Shown here one piece after another: positions 1-9,979 of a stretch of DNA of 63,062 nt. The notes below the pieces were generated by a model. The model did no database searches and was not told the DNA's origin. It worked only from the letters and a program-made list of their open reading frames with translations. The translations under genes and the position numbers were made by a program. Position 1 is the stretch's first letter, and each line of letters begins with the position of its first letter. The stretch comes from Flavobacteriales bacterium UBA6772 (lineage in GTDB: Bacteria > Bacteroidota > Bacteroidia > Flavobacteriales > UBA7430), in contig CAJJAI010000002.1 of assembly GCA_905182215.1 (NCBI GenBank), positions 1 through 63,062 of the forward strand, in the 5' to 3' direction.

Positions 1-171
1 CCGATATATTTCGACTAGTGGGGGTGTCTAAAAAGGAAAATTTAAGTGGGATTTTTTAGCAATTTCACTGCCATATAGGTGGCAGTAATTTCCTCCTCTA
101 AAAATACAATCAACATATTTACTACCTTAGCGGAGTATAACTACAAAGTCATCTTCTTGTCTAGAAGCCAC

Positions 172-202
172 AAAAAAAGCACCTACATCACTGTAAGTGC
201 TT
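172..202 (-). terminator. Intrinsic terminator downstream of tRNA-Asn
   Basis: Minus strand reads AAGCACTTACA-GTGA-TGTAGGTGCTT followed by a T-run, just 3' of the tRNA. Confidence 0.7.
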
Positions 203-213
203 CGTTTTGCTAG

Positions 214-287
214 CTCCTCCTCTAGGGCTCGAACCTAGGACCCTCTGATTAACAGTCAGATGCTCTAACCAACTGAGCTAAGGAGGA
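214..287 (-). tRNA. tRNA-Asn (anticodon GTT), CCA not encoded
   Basis: Reverse complement is TCCTCCTTAGCTCAGTTGGTTAGAGCATCTGACTGTTAATCAGAGGGTCCTAGGTTCGAGCCCTAGAGGAGGAG: acceptor stem TCCTCCT/AGGAGGA, D-arm, anticodon loop CTGTTAA, GTTCGAG T-loop. Confidence 0.97.
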
Positions 288-300
288 GTGTTTGCGCTGG

Positions 301-308
301 CAAAGATA
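301..308 (-). promoter_or_regulatory. Bacteroidota -7 promoter element for tRNA-Asn
   Basis: TATCTTTG on the minus strand matches TAnnTTTG, 13 nt upstream of the tRNA 5' end. Confidence 0.7.
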
Positions 309-339
309 GTAATCTACTTGGGAATAAAAAGTAAATCAC

Positions 340-370
340 AAAAAAAAGGGCTCCAATGTGGAGCCCTTTT
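340..370. terminator. Intrinsic (bidirectional-looking) terminator after the C25 peptidase gene
   Basis: A-run, GGGCTCCA-ATG-TGGAGCCC, T-run. Confidence 0.85.
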
Positions 371-390
371 AATATATGATTCAATATGAA

Positions 391-3300
391 TTACTTAAAA
401 CTTTTTTCAACAGTACCGTCATTGTATACTTTGAACAGAATTACACCCATGAACGACTCATCATTCGATATTACTTCTTGACCGAGTACATTAATAACCT
501 TTACCAATACACGCTCTGTAGCGACTTCTTCAGTAAGTATGTATGTTATTGTAGATGCAAGGTTAATTGCATTTACTTGGTAAGACGCAGAACCTTCAAG
601 CCACTTAGCTACTTCAAAAGTATTTATTGAATTGTTAGACCATACTTTAAACTGTACGTTTTCTGTAAGAGCTAAACCATCTTTCGGTTCTGTAGTTGCA
701 TCATCTCCCCACACAGTTAAAACAGTTACTGGAGAATTATAAACAGTAGAACCAATTAGATTTCCAACTTCATCGAAAGCAGCAATCTCAGCACCTTCTG
801 TAGGTAGTACATCCCAAGCAGCGTCTTCAATAATAATTGTCATATTATTTCCAGTTGAAGCAACTTTAGCAAAATGATTAACAGCCTTGTGGTTGACAAC
901 AATTTCATAACTTCGATATTCAGTATCGTTAGAGAGGTAATTGAAAGTTTGATCTGACAACATCTTCACTTGATACCCTTTTCCAGGTTCTATACTTTCG
1001 AATCCTGCGAAACCCCAATCTGGTAGATACGCTAAACCGTCTGAATCTTTTACAATTACAACTTGCTCAACAAAACTCTCAAATACTGAAACTACAGGTG
1101 CGTTTTCTAAACGGATAGCTCCTAAAATATTCCAACCTTCTGTTAAGGTGATTGGATTTTCTTCTGGAAGCATATAAGTTCCTTCAACTTCGACACTAGC
1201 AATGTTATTTACTTTAATTTGATATCCTTGACCAATTAAAAGCTCCCCAATTCCATTATAATTCCATTCGGGAAGATAAGCCAAACCAGAATAATCTTTT
1301 ATAATTACAACTTCATCCAAAATATCAGAAACAATGTCTCCCATGTACATATTATCTGCCATAATATAAGTAGAGAACATACTCCAACCGGAAGGGAGTT
1401 CTAGTAACTGTTCGGTAACTGGAGGTGCAGTTTCGAGTGTTCCTAAAGCAGAAATTCCGTTTATTACAAAATCACTAACACTTGGCATACTCGCCAAATA
1501 AGTTGCTGTAGCGTTGTAAATCACATCTTCCGAAGCATCCCAAATCATCCACACAAAAGTTTCACCATCCTGAAAACCGTCAATTTCATCTGTTGTTGAG
1601 TCATTTCCTTGCGCGGCAATAGCGTTAGTTGAACCGTTGTATATAGAATAACCTGCACATTGTAGCTCTCCATCGTCATTGGTATAGAATACACCTAACC
1701 AATCTCCAATCGAAATTTGATTTCCATCTATAAACATTGGAGTATCTCCACCAATAGCAATAGTGTGATTTGAACCTGTAATTAAGACATCCCAAGGCTC
1801 ATTTGCAGTACACTCACCTTCTGTATAGCTTGCACCTACACATTCTGCCTCGCACGAATTACCATATGTAATTCCGTCGGCACCACAAACAGGCGCCCAA
1901 ATATCTGTACAAATACAGCCTTCGTATTCACAAGAGCCATCATCTTCTAGAGCATTTTGATTGTAATTGATTGCCAAGACATCCATACAGCCACTAAAAT
2001 CACAAGTCTCATTCCCTAAAGAAAGCCCTAAACTAGAAGGAGCTGTTCCGTTTAACAATTCAGCACCACTATCGTTAACCAAAGACCACGAAACCTCTGC
2101 AGGCCATCCACCATCGTTGGTAGTATTAAACACATAACAGTCACTCTCCAAACATAGTATTTCTTGCAATGTAGATCCTGTAGCTATGGTAAGTGAAATT
2201 GTATCGGAATTGGAATTAATTATATTCAACACATTCCCATTCCATCCATCGCCGTATGAATCTACTAGATTTACAATCACAAAATTCGCATAGCAATCTT
2301 GGGAATATAGACATATACCGTCTTCTTCGGTAGCATCTGTATTATAATTTGCTGCGTCTGTATCGGTACAGCCATAAACTTCTAATTCATCACAAACACC
2401 ATCAGCATCTACATCACTTAAGCAAACTCCTTCACAACTGTAATAAGCATCAGCATAAGAACAGGTAGAATCATCTATATTTGCATTTTCGTTGTAATTA
2501 CATGCCTCAATATCCATACAGCCATTTACAAAACCACAATCTGTGCTTAAGGAAATAGCACTGCTGGAAGGTGAAACCCCCGTTGATATTGTATCGCTTC
2601 CGCTGGTTAACACCCACGACACCTCAGTGGTATATAAACCGCCATTGGTTGTTGTAATTGTATAGCAACCATTGTTTAAACAGAAGTCAAATAAAGCTTC
2701 TGAGCCTTCTTCGAGAGTTGTAGAAATTAACTGGTTATTATCCACATCGTATAGCTCAAAGTAATTCCCATTCCAACCATCTCCAAAAGAATCTATCAAG
2801 ATTAACTGAAGTGAATTTGCACTCTCGCAATCTATTGTATAAAGACATGTTCCATCATCTAAATTTGCCTCATAATTGTAATTATCGGCATCCACATCCA
2901 TACAACCAGGGATTTCTACATACACATCACAAGATACCTCGAAAGTGTGAGAAGTTCCCGACCCAAATGCATCACCTTGGGCAACTTCGTTACCACATAC
3001 CGTTACCCAATATCCATTTGGAGAATAAATACCATCTCCATAACTATCTTGAATATTAAAAGTCATTAGAGCCCCCTCTGCAGCACAAACTGCAGCAGTA
3101 TAAGTACTACTATTCCCGTAGGAACCAGCTTCTACTGAAGCTAACACTACTCCATCTGCATTCGTGAAATTCCATGAAGTTTCTGAGCCATAGGTATCGG
3201 TCATTATCGTTAATTCGATGTCTAAATCTGAACTCTGACACATTGGGGTTTCAAACACAAAATCACTTGATTGCTCAAACCAATCCTCTGATACTAGAAG

Positions 3301-5847
3301 AGATGCATTGATAAATGTAGATGAAGGTGCGTCAGAATCTAATAACACATCGTATGCTAAAGTGATTGACTCACCCGAAGCTAAGCTTTCAACTGTAATT
3401 GAAGCATCAACAACTGATAGGTATGTTCCATCAACACTAAATGTGGAAGTTCCACCATTGAAATGTGCTGAACCATTATTGGTTAATGTTATATAGGCTG
3501 TAGTAGTCTCTCCAAACGAAAGTTGTGCATCTACATTTGTTATTTCTAGAACTGGAACATGAATAGGAATTGAAATGCTACTTGCCCATAAACCTTCATC
3601 ACTACTCATACTGAAATTCACAATTCCTTCATCTCCATCAACTGCAGAACTCATCATACTTGTAGGGAAGTTCATACCTGTATACGTATACGATTCACCA
3701 GCCGCTATTCCCGGTATATTATCACCAAAGGTGCTAAGTACAATTGGTCCATCAACAATAGTTCCAATATAAATTTCTGAGGTAGCTTCTGTACCAATAT
3801 TTTCAACAGTAAAATGAAGGTCGTAGCTTTCTCCATAAGAGAACATCCCATCTTCGTCTCCACTTAATTCATACGAAGTAACTACTAACCAAGGTCCGTC
3901 AAGTACCACAACAGATGTGGTTCCTATTTCTGGGATAGTGTTAAAGGCTGTTACTGTAACTGTAATATCATTTACTGATGAAATTGCATCAAAATTCACG
4001 GTAGCAGAACCACCAGAAACAACAGCCGTTCCAATAATTTCTCCATTTAAAGTTAAAGAAACCAATGCACCTTCCGTTGCACAAGTAACGTCTAAAGAAG
4101 TTGCACCAACTGGAATAGCCGAATTAAAGGAAGCATCTATACTTAAAGGAGTTTCAGTTCTCACCAATACCGAAGGATCTCCAAAACAAGTCCAAGTATC
4201 GGTCATACTTGCCCCACTCGCACCATAAGTATCGTTCATTTGCATACAACCATTCATCGAAATCCCACCAAATGAACGGGCATCGCTATTTTCACTTGTT
4301 TCAGTAAGAATAAAATTCATGTGGTCCTGTCCTTCCATGGGTGGCGACCAAGATTGATTTATTGTTGACATAAGTGTAGCAATTGCACCAGTAGGTTCTC
4401 CGTTATGCGAAGCCCTTAACCAAGCTTCTCCAAAACAAGTAGTTCCTGTGAAATTTCCATTTACACAGGCTACAGACCAAAAGAAAGGATGCACCTCTGT
4501 ATTGGTTAAATTATTTACTTGCGTATTACTATAACCAGAAGAACCACAAGAAATATCCGATCCGTGTCCTGTATAATTAATAATCCCCAAATCATCTTCT
4601 AATAAAACATGTAAGTCTGATGCTGATGGATTACCAACTGCGTCTGCACCATCCTGACTACCATCGAATAATTCGTAACCTGTAGTATAAGTGTAGTCTA
4701 AATGCTGTGCTTGAATATTTCTTAAATGCTGGTAATCGTACTCACCGTCATCTCCAGGCCCTTGATCGGAACCTACTACAACAGTCTCTGCATAAGCATC
4801 GGTAATTGGTGGGTTTTGCTCGTATTGAATTACACGTGTTGCCTGTGTAGTTACATGATCTTTATCTTCTGCCGAAAAACGTCCTACCAGAACTTCTGGA
4901 TAAGAATCGTCGCCTTCTAAATAACCATAATAATTATCGGAATACCCCGATGAAGCTTGATAGGCAGGAACATGTTCGTGATCTCCAACAAACAAAACAT
5001 ACGTTAAATTGTTGTTTTCGTAATAATCTTCGATGTATGCTTTTATCTCATCTTGACCTCCAATGGTAGCCACATCAACAATTTCGTTGGCGATACCTTT
5101 TTGAGTTTTCCAAGCCATAAAATCTTGCATTGGATCTATAAATTCGTTGTATGAAATAATCAACATACTTCCATCTTCTGTATCAATAATAGACTTAGAT
5201 TGTATATCGTAATTGATAAACAAATCTTTGTAAATCATCTCAAACTGAGAATCTACGGCTCTTGGGAAGCTGATAGTAGAACCAAAACTTATTTCTAATT
5301 CAATAGAGCTATAAACCCTTAATAGTTTAGTTATAGGATTGTATTGCATTGGATAAATCCATAAAGCTTGGGCATTAAAATCTCGTACAATATGTGGTGT
5401 TTGAGCTTCAAAAAGAGTTTTCGGAAAGAAGGCATCTTTTTCGTATTCAGCTCCAAAAACATACGAAATCTCAGAAGGAATTACATTTCTGAAAAGGTTC
5501 CCCTTTGAAGGAGCTACCTCAACTTTATAGTCTTTATAAGTTGAATTTATAATTTCCACTTTTGGATTTTCTCCTTCTGGGATAATATAAGAACAGGCAA
5601 ATTTCTGTAAATCTGGCGCGCCTTTTTCTAATAATGGAGACCCGTTTTCCAATACAGGAATACTCATTAATCCATTGGGCGTTTCAACTTCAATAAAACT
5701 TAAACTTGGAACTGAGAATTTAATGTTTAAGGATTTACCTGAATTAGAAACTAATTCTAAAGCATTGTTTTGCTGTGCATTTGATGCGAATAAAACAAAA
5801 AACAACAAGGTGAACAAAACACGAGTAATCGAAGAAATCTTTTTCAT
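391..5847 (-). CDS. Secreted C25 (gingipain-family) cysteine peptidase, 1818 aa, with propeptide, Cys-rich repeats, Kazal domain and T9SS-like C-terminus
   Basis: Signal peptide; propeptide motifs (GAPDLQK, PSKGNL, YPMQYNP); catalytic-domain motifs YVLFVGD, VGRFSA, NYTGHG (His), SVACVNG (Cys), WTCFGDP; C-terminal VINVLGQEV...YNDGTVEK. Confidence 0.9.
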   Translation of the reverse strand: MKKISSITRVLFTLLFFVLFASNAQQNNALELVSNSGKSLNIKFSVPSLSFIEVETPNGLMSIPVLENGSPLLEKGAPDLQKFACSYIIPEGENPKVEIINSTYKDYKVEVAPSKGNLFRNVIPSEISYVFGAEYEKDAFFPKTLFEAQTPHIVRDFNAQALWIYPMQYNPITKLLRVYSSIELEISFGSTISFPRAVDSQFEMIYKDLFINYDIQSKSIIDTEDGSMLIISYNEFIDPMQDFMAWKTQKGIANEIVDVATIGGQDEIKAYIEDYYENNNLTYVLFVGDHEHVPAYQASSGYSDNYYGYLEGDDSYPEVLVGRFSAEDKDHVTTQATRVIQYEQNPPITDAYAETVVVGSDQGPGDDGEYDYQHLRNIQAQHLDYTYTTGYELFDGSQDGADAVGNPSASDLHVLLEDDLGIINYTGHGSDISCGSSGYSNTQVNNLTNTEVHPFFWSVACVNGNFTGTTCFGEAWLRASHNGEPTGAIATLMSTINQSWSPPMEGQDHMNFILTETSENSDARSFGGISMNGCMQMNDTYGASGASMTDTWTCFGDPSVLVRTETPLSIDASFNSAIPVGATSLDVTCATEGALVSLTLNGEIIGTAVVSGGSATVNFDAISSVNDITVTVTAFNTIPEIGTTSVVVLDGPWLVVTSYELSGDEDGMFSYGESYDLHFTVENIGTEATSEIYIGTIVDGPIVLSTFGDNIPGIAAGESYTYTGMNFPTSMMSSAVDGDEGIVNFSMSSDEGLWASSISIPIHVPVLEITNVDAQLSFGETTTAYITLTNNGSAHFNGGTSTFSVDGTYLSVVDASITVESLASGESITLAYDVLLDSDAPSSTFINASLLVSEDWFEQSSDFVFETPMCQSSDLDIELTIMTDTYGSETSWNFTNADGVVLASVEAGSYGNSSTYTAAVCAAEGALMTFNIQDSYGDGIYSPNGYWVTVCGNEVAQGDAFGSGTSHTFEVSCDVYVEIPGCMDVDADNYNYEANLDDGTCLYTIDCESANSLQLILIDSFGDGWNGNYFELYDVDNNQLISTTLEEGSEALFDFCLNNGCYTITTTNGGLYTTEVSWVLTSGSDTISTGVSPSSSAISLSTDCGFVNGCMDIEACNYNENANIDDSTCSYADAYYSCEGVCLSDVDADGVCDELEVYGCTDTDAANYNTDATEEDGICLYSQDCYANFVIVNLVDSYGDGWNGNVLNIINSNSDTISLTIATGSTLQEILCLESDCYVFNTTNDGGWPAEVSWSLVNDSGAELLNGTAPSSLGLSLGNETCDFSGCMDVLAINYNQNALEDDGSCEYEGCICTDIWAPVCGADGITYGNSCEAECVGASYTEGECTANEPWDVLITGSNHTIAIGGDTPMFIDGNQISIGDWLGVFYTNDDGELQCAGYSIYNGSTNAIAAQGNDSTTDEIDGFQDGETFVWMIWDASEDVIYNATATYLASMPSVSDFVINGISALGTLETAPPVTEQLLELPSGWSMFSTYIMADNMYMGDIVSDILDEVVIIKDYSGLAYLPEWNYNGIGELLIGQGYQIKVNNIASVEVEGTYMLPEENPITLTEGWNILGAIRLENAPVVSVFESFVEQVVIVKDSDGLAYLPDWGFAGFESIEPGKGYQVKMLSDQTFNYLSNDTEYRSYEIVVNHKAVNHFAKVASTGNNMTIIIEDAAWDVLPTEGAEIAAFDEVGNLIGSTVYNSPVTVLTVWGDDATTEPKDGLALTENVQFKVWSNNSINTFEVAKWLEGSASYQVNAINLASTITYILTEEVATERVLVKVINVLGQEVISNDESFMGVILFKVYNDGTVEKSFK

Positions 5848-5982
5848 AAAAAAATAGTTAACCCTGCAGACAAATAGGGAGATTAATAAATCAACCTTTG
5901 AAGCAACAAAAACTATTCCATCTTTCTATAAATGAGCCTCTGAATAATCGAAAAGAAACCATAGAGTATGACTTACAATATG

Positions 5983-5990
5983 TATATTTG
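5983..5990 (+). promoter_or_regulatory. -7 promoter element for the thrS operon
   Basis: TATATTTG matches TAnnTTTG, 34 nt before the thrS ATG. Confidence 0.65.
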
Positions 5991-6024
5991 CGAACTGTCG
6001 TAAAAATAGATTAGAAAAGAGCAA

Positions 6025-7971
6025 ATGATTCACATTACACTACCCGATGGAACGGTAAAAGAATACCCAAAAGGAACTACTGCAATGCAGGTTGCCGAGG
6101 GGATTAGCAGTGGTTTAGCACGTAATGTGTTGGCTGCAGAAATTAACGGTGAGGTTTGGGACTCCAACCGCGCAATAAATACGGATGCTAGCTTAAAACT
6201 ACTTACCTGGAACGACGACAATGGGAAAATGGCTATGTGGCATTCTTCTGCTCACCTTATGGCTGAAGCTATTGAAGCCTTATACCCTGGAGTAAAATTA
6301 GCCATTGGACCTCCAATAGAAAATGGATTTTACTACGACATAGATTTTGGCGACCATAACTTCTCTTCAGATCACTTCCCTAAAGTGGAAAAGAAGATGA
6401 CTGAATTAGCGCGTCAGAAAAATAGTTTCGAACGTATTGAAATTTCTAAAGCAGAAGCAATTTCTTATTTCGAAGAAAAGGAAGATACCTACAAACTAGA
6501 ACTTCTCGAAGGACTAGAAGATGGCACCATTACCTTTTATAAGCAAGGAGAGTTTACAGATTTATGTAGAGGACCGCACATTCCTCACACAGGATTTATA
6601 AAAGCTATAAAATTACTTACCACTGCCGGTGCTTACTGGAGAGGTGATGAGAAAAATAAACAATTGACTCGTATTTACGGAATTACGTTCCCTAAAAACA
6701 AAGAGCTAACGGCTTACTTAGAAATGCTTGAAGAAGCAAAGAAAAGAGACCACCGTAAGCTAGGAAAGGAAATGGAGTTATTTATGTTCTCTCAAAAAGT
6801 AGGTCAAGGTTTACCTTTATGGTTACCTAAAGGAGCTGCTTTAAGAGAGCGCTTAGAAAGCTTCTTAAAGAAAGCACAAACGATTTCGGGTTACGAACCT
6901 GTTATCACACCACATATAGCACATAAGGATTTATACATTTGTTCTGGTCATTATGAAAAATATGGAGAGGATTCTTTCCAACCCATTAAAACACCTAACG
7001 AAGGCGAAGAGTTTTTCTTAAAACCCATGAACTGCCCTCACCATTGTGAGATTTACAAAAGTAAGCCTCGTTCTTACAAAGATCTTCCGGTACGTTACGC
7101 CGAGTTTGGTACGGTTTACCGTTACGAGCAAAGTGGCGAATTACATGGTTTAACACGTGTAAGAGGATTTACGCAAGATGATGCACACCTTTTTGTGAGA
7201 CCTGATCAAGTTGAAGAAGAATTTGAAAAAGTAATCGACTTAGTACTTTATGTATTTAAAGCATTAGGATTTGAAGAATTTACTGCTCAAATTTCTTTAC
7301 GCGATAAAAACAATAAAGAGAAATACATTGGATCTGATGAAAATTGGGAATTAGCAGAAAATGCAATTATCAACTCATCTGCTAAAAAAGGTTTGGCTAC
7401 CGTAATAGAATATGGTGAAGCTGCTTTTTACGGACCAAAACTAGACTTTATGGTAAAGGATGCTTTGGGTAGAACTTGGCAACTAGGAACTATACAAGTT
7501 GACTATAACTTACCAGAGCGTTTTGAACTAGAATATACAGGATCGGACAACAAAAAACACCGTCCGGTAATGATTCATAGAGCACCATTTGGCTCTTTAG
7601 AAAGATTTGTAGCTGTATTACTTGAGCATTGTGGAGGAAACTTCCCTTTATGGTTAACGCCTGACCAAGTGAGTATACTCCCGATTAGCGATAAATACAT
7701 GGAATATAGCAAGGAAGTTTTAAATTCGCTTAAAATTTCCGATATTCGCGCCGAGATTGACGAGCGTAGTGAAAAAACCGGTCGTAAAATCCGTGATGCA
7801 GAAGTTCGCAAAATACCATTTATGCTTATCGTTGGAGAACGCGAAGCCGCTGAAGGTACAGTTTCTGTAAGACGTCATGGTGGTGAAGACCTTGGAAGCA
7901 TGAGCTTAGAGGGATTTAAAGCCCTGGTAAATAAAGAGATTACAGAGAATATTGACGATTTTGTTATTTAA
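6025..7971 (+). CDS. thrS: Threonine--tRNA ligase
   Basis: TGS N-terminus, HSSAHLMA and DLCRGPH editing motifs, [42 protein letters not shown]. Confidence 0.99.
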   Translation: MIHITLPDGTVKEYPKGTTAMQVAEGISSGLARNVLAAEINGEVWDSNRAINTDASLKLLTWNDDNGKMAMWHSSAHLMAEAIEALYPGVKLAIGPPIENGFYYDIDFGDHNFSSDHFPKVEKKMTELARQKNSFERIEISKAEAISYFEEKEDTYKLELLEGLEDGTITFYKQGEFTDLCRGPHIPHTGFIKAIKLLTTAGAYWRGDEKNKQLTRIYGITFPKNKELTAYLEMLEEAKKRDHRKLGKEMELFMFSQKVGQGLPLWLPKGAALRERLESFLKKAQTISGYEPVITPHIAHKDLYICSGHYEKYGEDSFQPIKTPNEGEEFFLKPMNCPHHCEIYKSKPRSYKDLPVRYAEFGTVYRYEQSGELHGLTRVRGFTQDDAHLFVRPDQVEEEFEKVIDLVLYVFKALGFEEFTAQISLRDKNNKEKYIGSDENWELAENAIINSSAKKGLATVIEYGEAAFYGPKLDFMVKDALGRTWQLGTIQVDYNLPERFELEYTGSDNKKHRPVMIHRAPFGSLERFVAVLLEHCGGNFPLWLTPDQVSILPISDKYMEYSKEVLNSLKISDIRAEIDERSEKTGRKIRDAEVRKIPFMLIVGEREAAEGTVSVRRHGGEDLGSMSLEGFKALVNKEITENIDDFVI

Positions 7972-7994
7972 CTAAACTATAGGAGGAACAAGCC

Positions 7995-8552
7995 ATAGCA
8001 ATTAGAAGAAGAAGAAGCAGAGGTCCTGGACGTGTCATTAAAGAAAATGAGCACAACATAAACAGAGCCATTAAAGCACCTGAAGTAAGACTTACAGCAG
8101 GTGAAGGTGTAGAAGAAGGTATTTTCCCAACACGAAAAGCCTTAGCTCTAGCAGATGAATTAGGTTTAGACCTAGTTGAGATTGCTGCAAAAGCGAGACC
8201 ACCGGTCTGTCGTATTGTGAACTATAACAAGTTCTTATACGAACAAAAAATGCGTCAGAAAGAAATGAAAGCTAAAGCCTCGAAAGTGGTAATTAAGGAA
8301 ATTCGTTTCGGTCCGAATACAGACGACCACGATTTTGACTTTAAATTAAAGCACGCTAAGAAATTCTTAGAAGATGGTGCCAAACTTAAAGCATTCGTTT
8401 TCTTTAAAGGACGTTCAATTTTGTTTAAAGACAAAGGAGAAATATTATTGCTTCGTTTTGCGCAGGAGTTGGAAGACTACGGTAAAGTCGAACAATTACC
8501 AAAATTGGAAGGTAAACGTATGATTATGTTTATCAGTCAAAAGAAAAAATAA
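7995..8552 (+). CDS. infC: Translation initiation factor IF-3 (185 aa, non-canonical ATA start)
   Basis: The ORF-track protein from 8217 is only the C-terminal domain. The frame is open upstream to ATA at 7995 ([33 protein letters not shown]...[17 protein letters not shown]), with AGGAGG at 7981-7986. Confidence 0.93.
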   Translation: MAIRRRRSRGPGRVIKENEHNINRAIKAPEVRLTAGEGVEEGIFPTRKALALADELGLDLVEIAAKARPPVCRIVNYNKFLYEQKMRQKEMKAKASKVVIKEIRFGPNTDDHDFDFKLKHAKKFLEDGAKLKAFVFFKGRSILFKDKGEILLLRFAQELEDYGKVEQLPKLEGKRMIMFISQKKK

Positions 8553-8586
8553 AGAACTCATATTTAGGAAATAAAGAGGACAGATC

Positions 8587-8784
8587 ATGCCAAAAATGAA
8601 AACAAAATCCAGTGCTAAAAAGCGTTTCAAGCTTACAGCTTCTGGTAAAATTAAGAGAAAGCACGCTTTCAAAAGTCACATTCTAACAAAGAAATCGACT
8701 AAACAAAAGCGTAACTTAACTAAGTCTGGCTTAGTTCATAGAAACGACGTAGCCAACATCAAACAACAATTGTGTATTAGATAA
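8587..8784 (+). CDS. rpmI: 50S ribosomal protein L35
   Basis: [15 protein letters not shown]...HILTKK; lies between infC and rplT. Confidence 0.98.
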   Translation: MPKMKTKSSAKKRFKLTASGKIKRKHAFKSHILTKKSTKQKRNLTKSGLVHRNDVANIKQQLCIR

Positions 8785-8811
8785 TACACAATAGAGTTTA
8801 TTAATTAACCC

Positions 8812-8854
8812 TGTATTTAGCCCCTAAGAGTTTCGAAAGAAACCGCTGAGTATA
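8812..8854 (+). promoter_or_regulatory. Candidate structured cis-regulatory RNA upstream of rplT
   Basis: Outer stem TGTATTTAGC/GCTGAGTATA (10 bp with G-U pairs) encloses a GTTTC-GAAA-GAAAC GNRA hairpin; no U-tract follows. Confidence 0.5.
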
Positions 8855-8868
8855 AAAAAATTAACAAT

Positions 8869-9216
8869 ATGCCTAGATCAGTAAATCATGTTGCTTCTAA
8901 AGCACGTAGAAAAAAAGTAATTAAACTTGCCAAAGGTTATTTCGGAAGAAGAAAGAACGTTTGGACTGTAGCGAAAAACGCTGTTGAAAAAGGTTTAGTA
9001 TACGCCTATAGAGACCGTAAGGTTAAGAAAAGAAACTTCCGTGCTCTATGGATCCAACGTATTAATGCTGGTTCGCGCCAGTACGGTATGTCTTACTCTC
9101 AATTTATGGGAGCGGTTCACAAAAACAATATCGAACTTAACCGTAAGGTTTTGGCCGATTTGGCAATGAACCACCCAGAAGCTTTTAAAGCTGTAGTTGA
9201 TAAAGTACAAAAGTAA
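8869..9216 (+). CDS. rplT: 50S ribosomal protein L20
   Basis: [36 protein letters not shown]. Confidence 0.99.
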   Translation: MPRSVNHVASKARRKKVIKLAKGYFGRRKNVWTVAKNAVEKGLVYAYRDRKVKKRNFRALWIQRINAGSRQYGMSYSQFMGAVHKNNIELNRKVLADLAMNHPEAFKAVVDKVQK

Positions 9217-9241
9217 ATTGCATAACATTCCTAAATATGTT

Positions 9242-9270
9242 AAAAGGAACCTTCGGGTTCCTTTTTTTTT
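9242..9270 (+). terminator. Intrinsic terminator of thrS-infC-rpmI-rplT
   Basis: GGAACC-TTCG-GGTTCC followed by T9. Confidence 0.92.
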
Positions 9271-9362
9271 GCCATTAACTTTATTTAACGCTTTCTTTTG
9301 ATTTCACTAAATTTATAGAATATTAGATACTTGAAAAAAACCTAAAGCTAAATACCTATTAA

Positions 9363-9959
9363 ATGAAAAAACTCATTCTTTCTTTATTATTTATAGTAAC
9401 AACTTTTGCTGTTACAGAAACTAAAGCACAGTATAATGTTGTGAAAATAAATCCACTTAGTGCTGGACTACATACAGCTTCAATTGCCTGGGAACATACC
9501 CTAAATTGGAATACAAGTATTCAGATTGGGGCTTCGTACACTCCTTCTGTAGAAATCATATCAAGTGTATTCGATGGAGATACTTTAGAACTTTCTGGTA
9601 ATTCTAATACATTTGAATTAAGAAAGTATGCTAAGCGGAATTCTCCTAAAGGCTTTTATTGGGGACCTTATTTAAGACGTCAGATTATTACTTTAAAAGA
9701 TGATAATCTTACTAGTTCTTTATCTGTTTCAAGTATTGGAATGATGTTAGGTGGTCATTTCCTCATAAGTGGTAGTATTTCGCTAGATATGTATTTTGGA
9801 TTAGGACTTGGAACGTACTCTATTAGCACTGGAGACTCATTTAGTGACATCTCTGATGTAATTGGAACAGGTAGTGTAACTACTGGTGCTGCTAGATATG
9901 GATTTACAGTAGGGATTGCAATACCAACCAAACTACCCAAAATAGGTAGTTATTTTTAA
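9363..9959 (+). CDS. Small outer-membrane beta-barrel protein (DUF3575-like)
   Basis: Signal peptide, VKINPLS start of mature chain, GFYWGPY, SLDMYFGLG, alternating strands, C-terminal Phe. Confidence 0.65.
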   Translation: MKKLILSLLFIVTTFAVTETKAQYNVVKINPLSAGLHTASIAWEHTLNWNTSIQIGASYTPSVEIISSVFDGDTLELSGNSNTFELRKYAKRNSPKGFYWGPYLRRQIITLKDDNLTSSLSVSSIGMMLGGHFLISGSISLDMYFGLGLGTYSISTGDSFSDISDVIGTGSVTTGAARYGFTVGIAIPTKLPKIGSYF

Positions 9960-9979
9960 CTAATTTTGAGCAAAAATTT

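Noticed and set aside
1-90. GGGGTGTCTAAAAAGG (resembles an IS terminal repeat) and hairpin ACTGCCA-N6-TGGCAGT downstream of the tRNA
   Set aside because: No second copy, transposase, integrase or duplicated tRNA 3' end in the window; cannot be judged at the window edge.
376-5857. Short plus-strand ORFs (376-630, 2811-3059, 3308-3496, 3575-3772, 3917-4228, 4726-4920, 5675-5857)
   Set aside because: Antisense shadows of the C25 peptidase with no recognisable motifs. The same applies to the other 60-144 aa ORFs nested in or antisense to housekeeping genes.
8217-8552. 111-aa infC as given in the ORF track (apparent truncation)
   Set aside because: The N-terminal domain is intact in frame from ATA 7995, so it is not a pseudogene.
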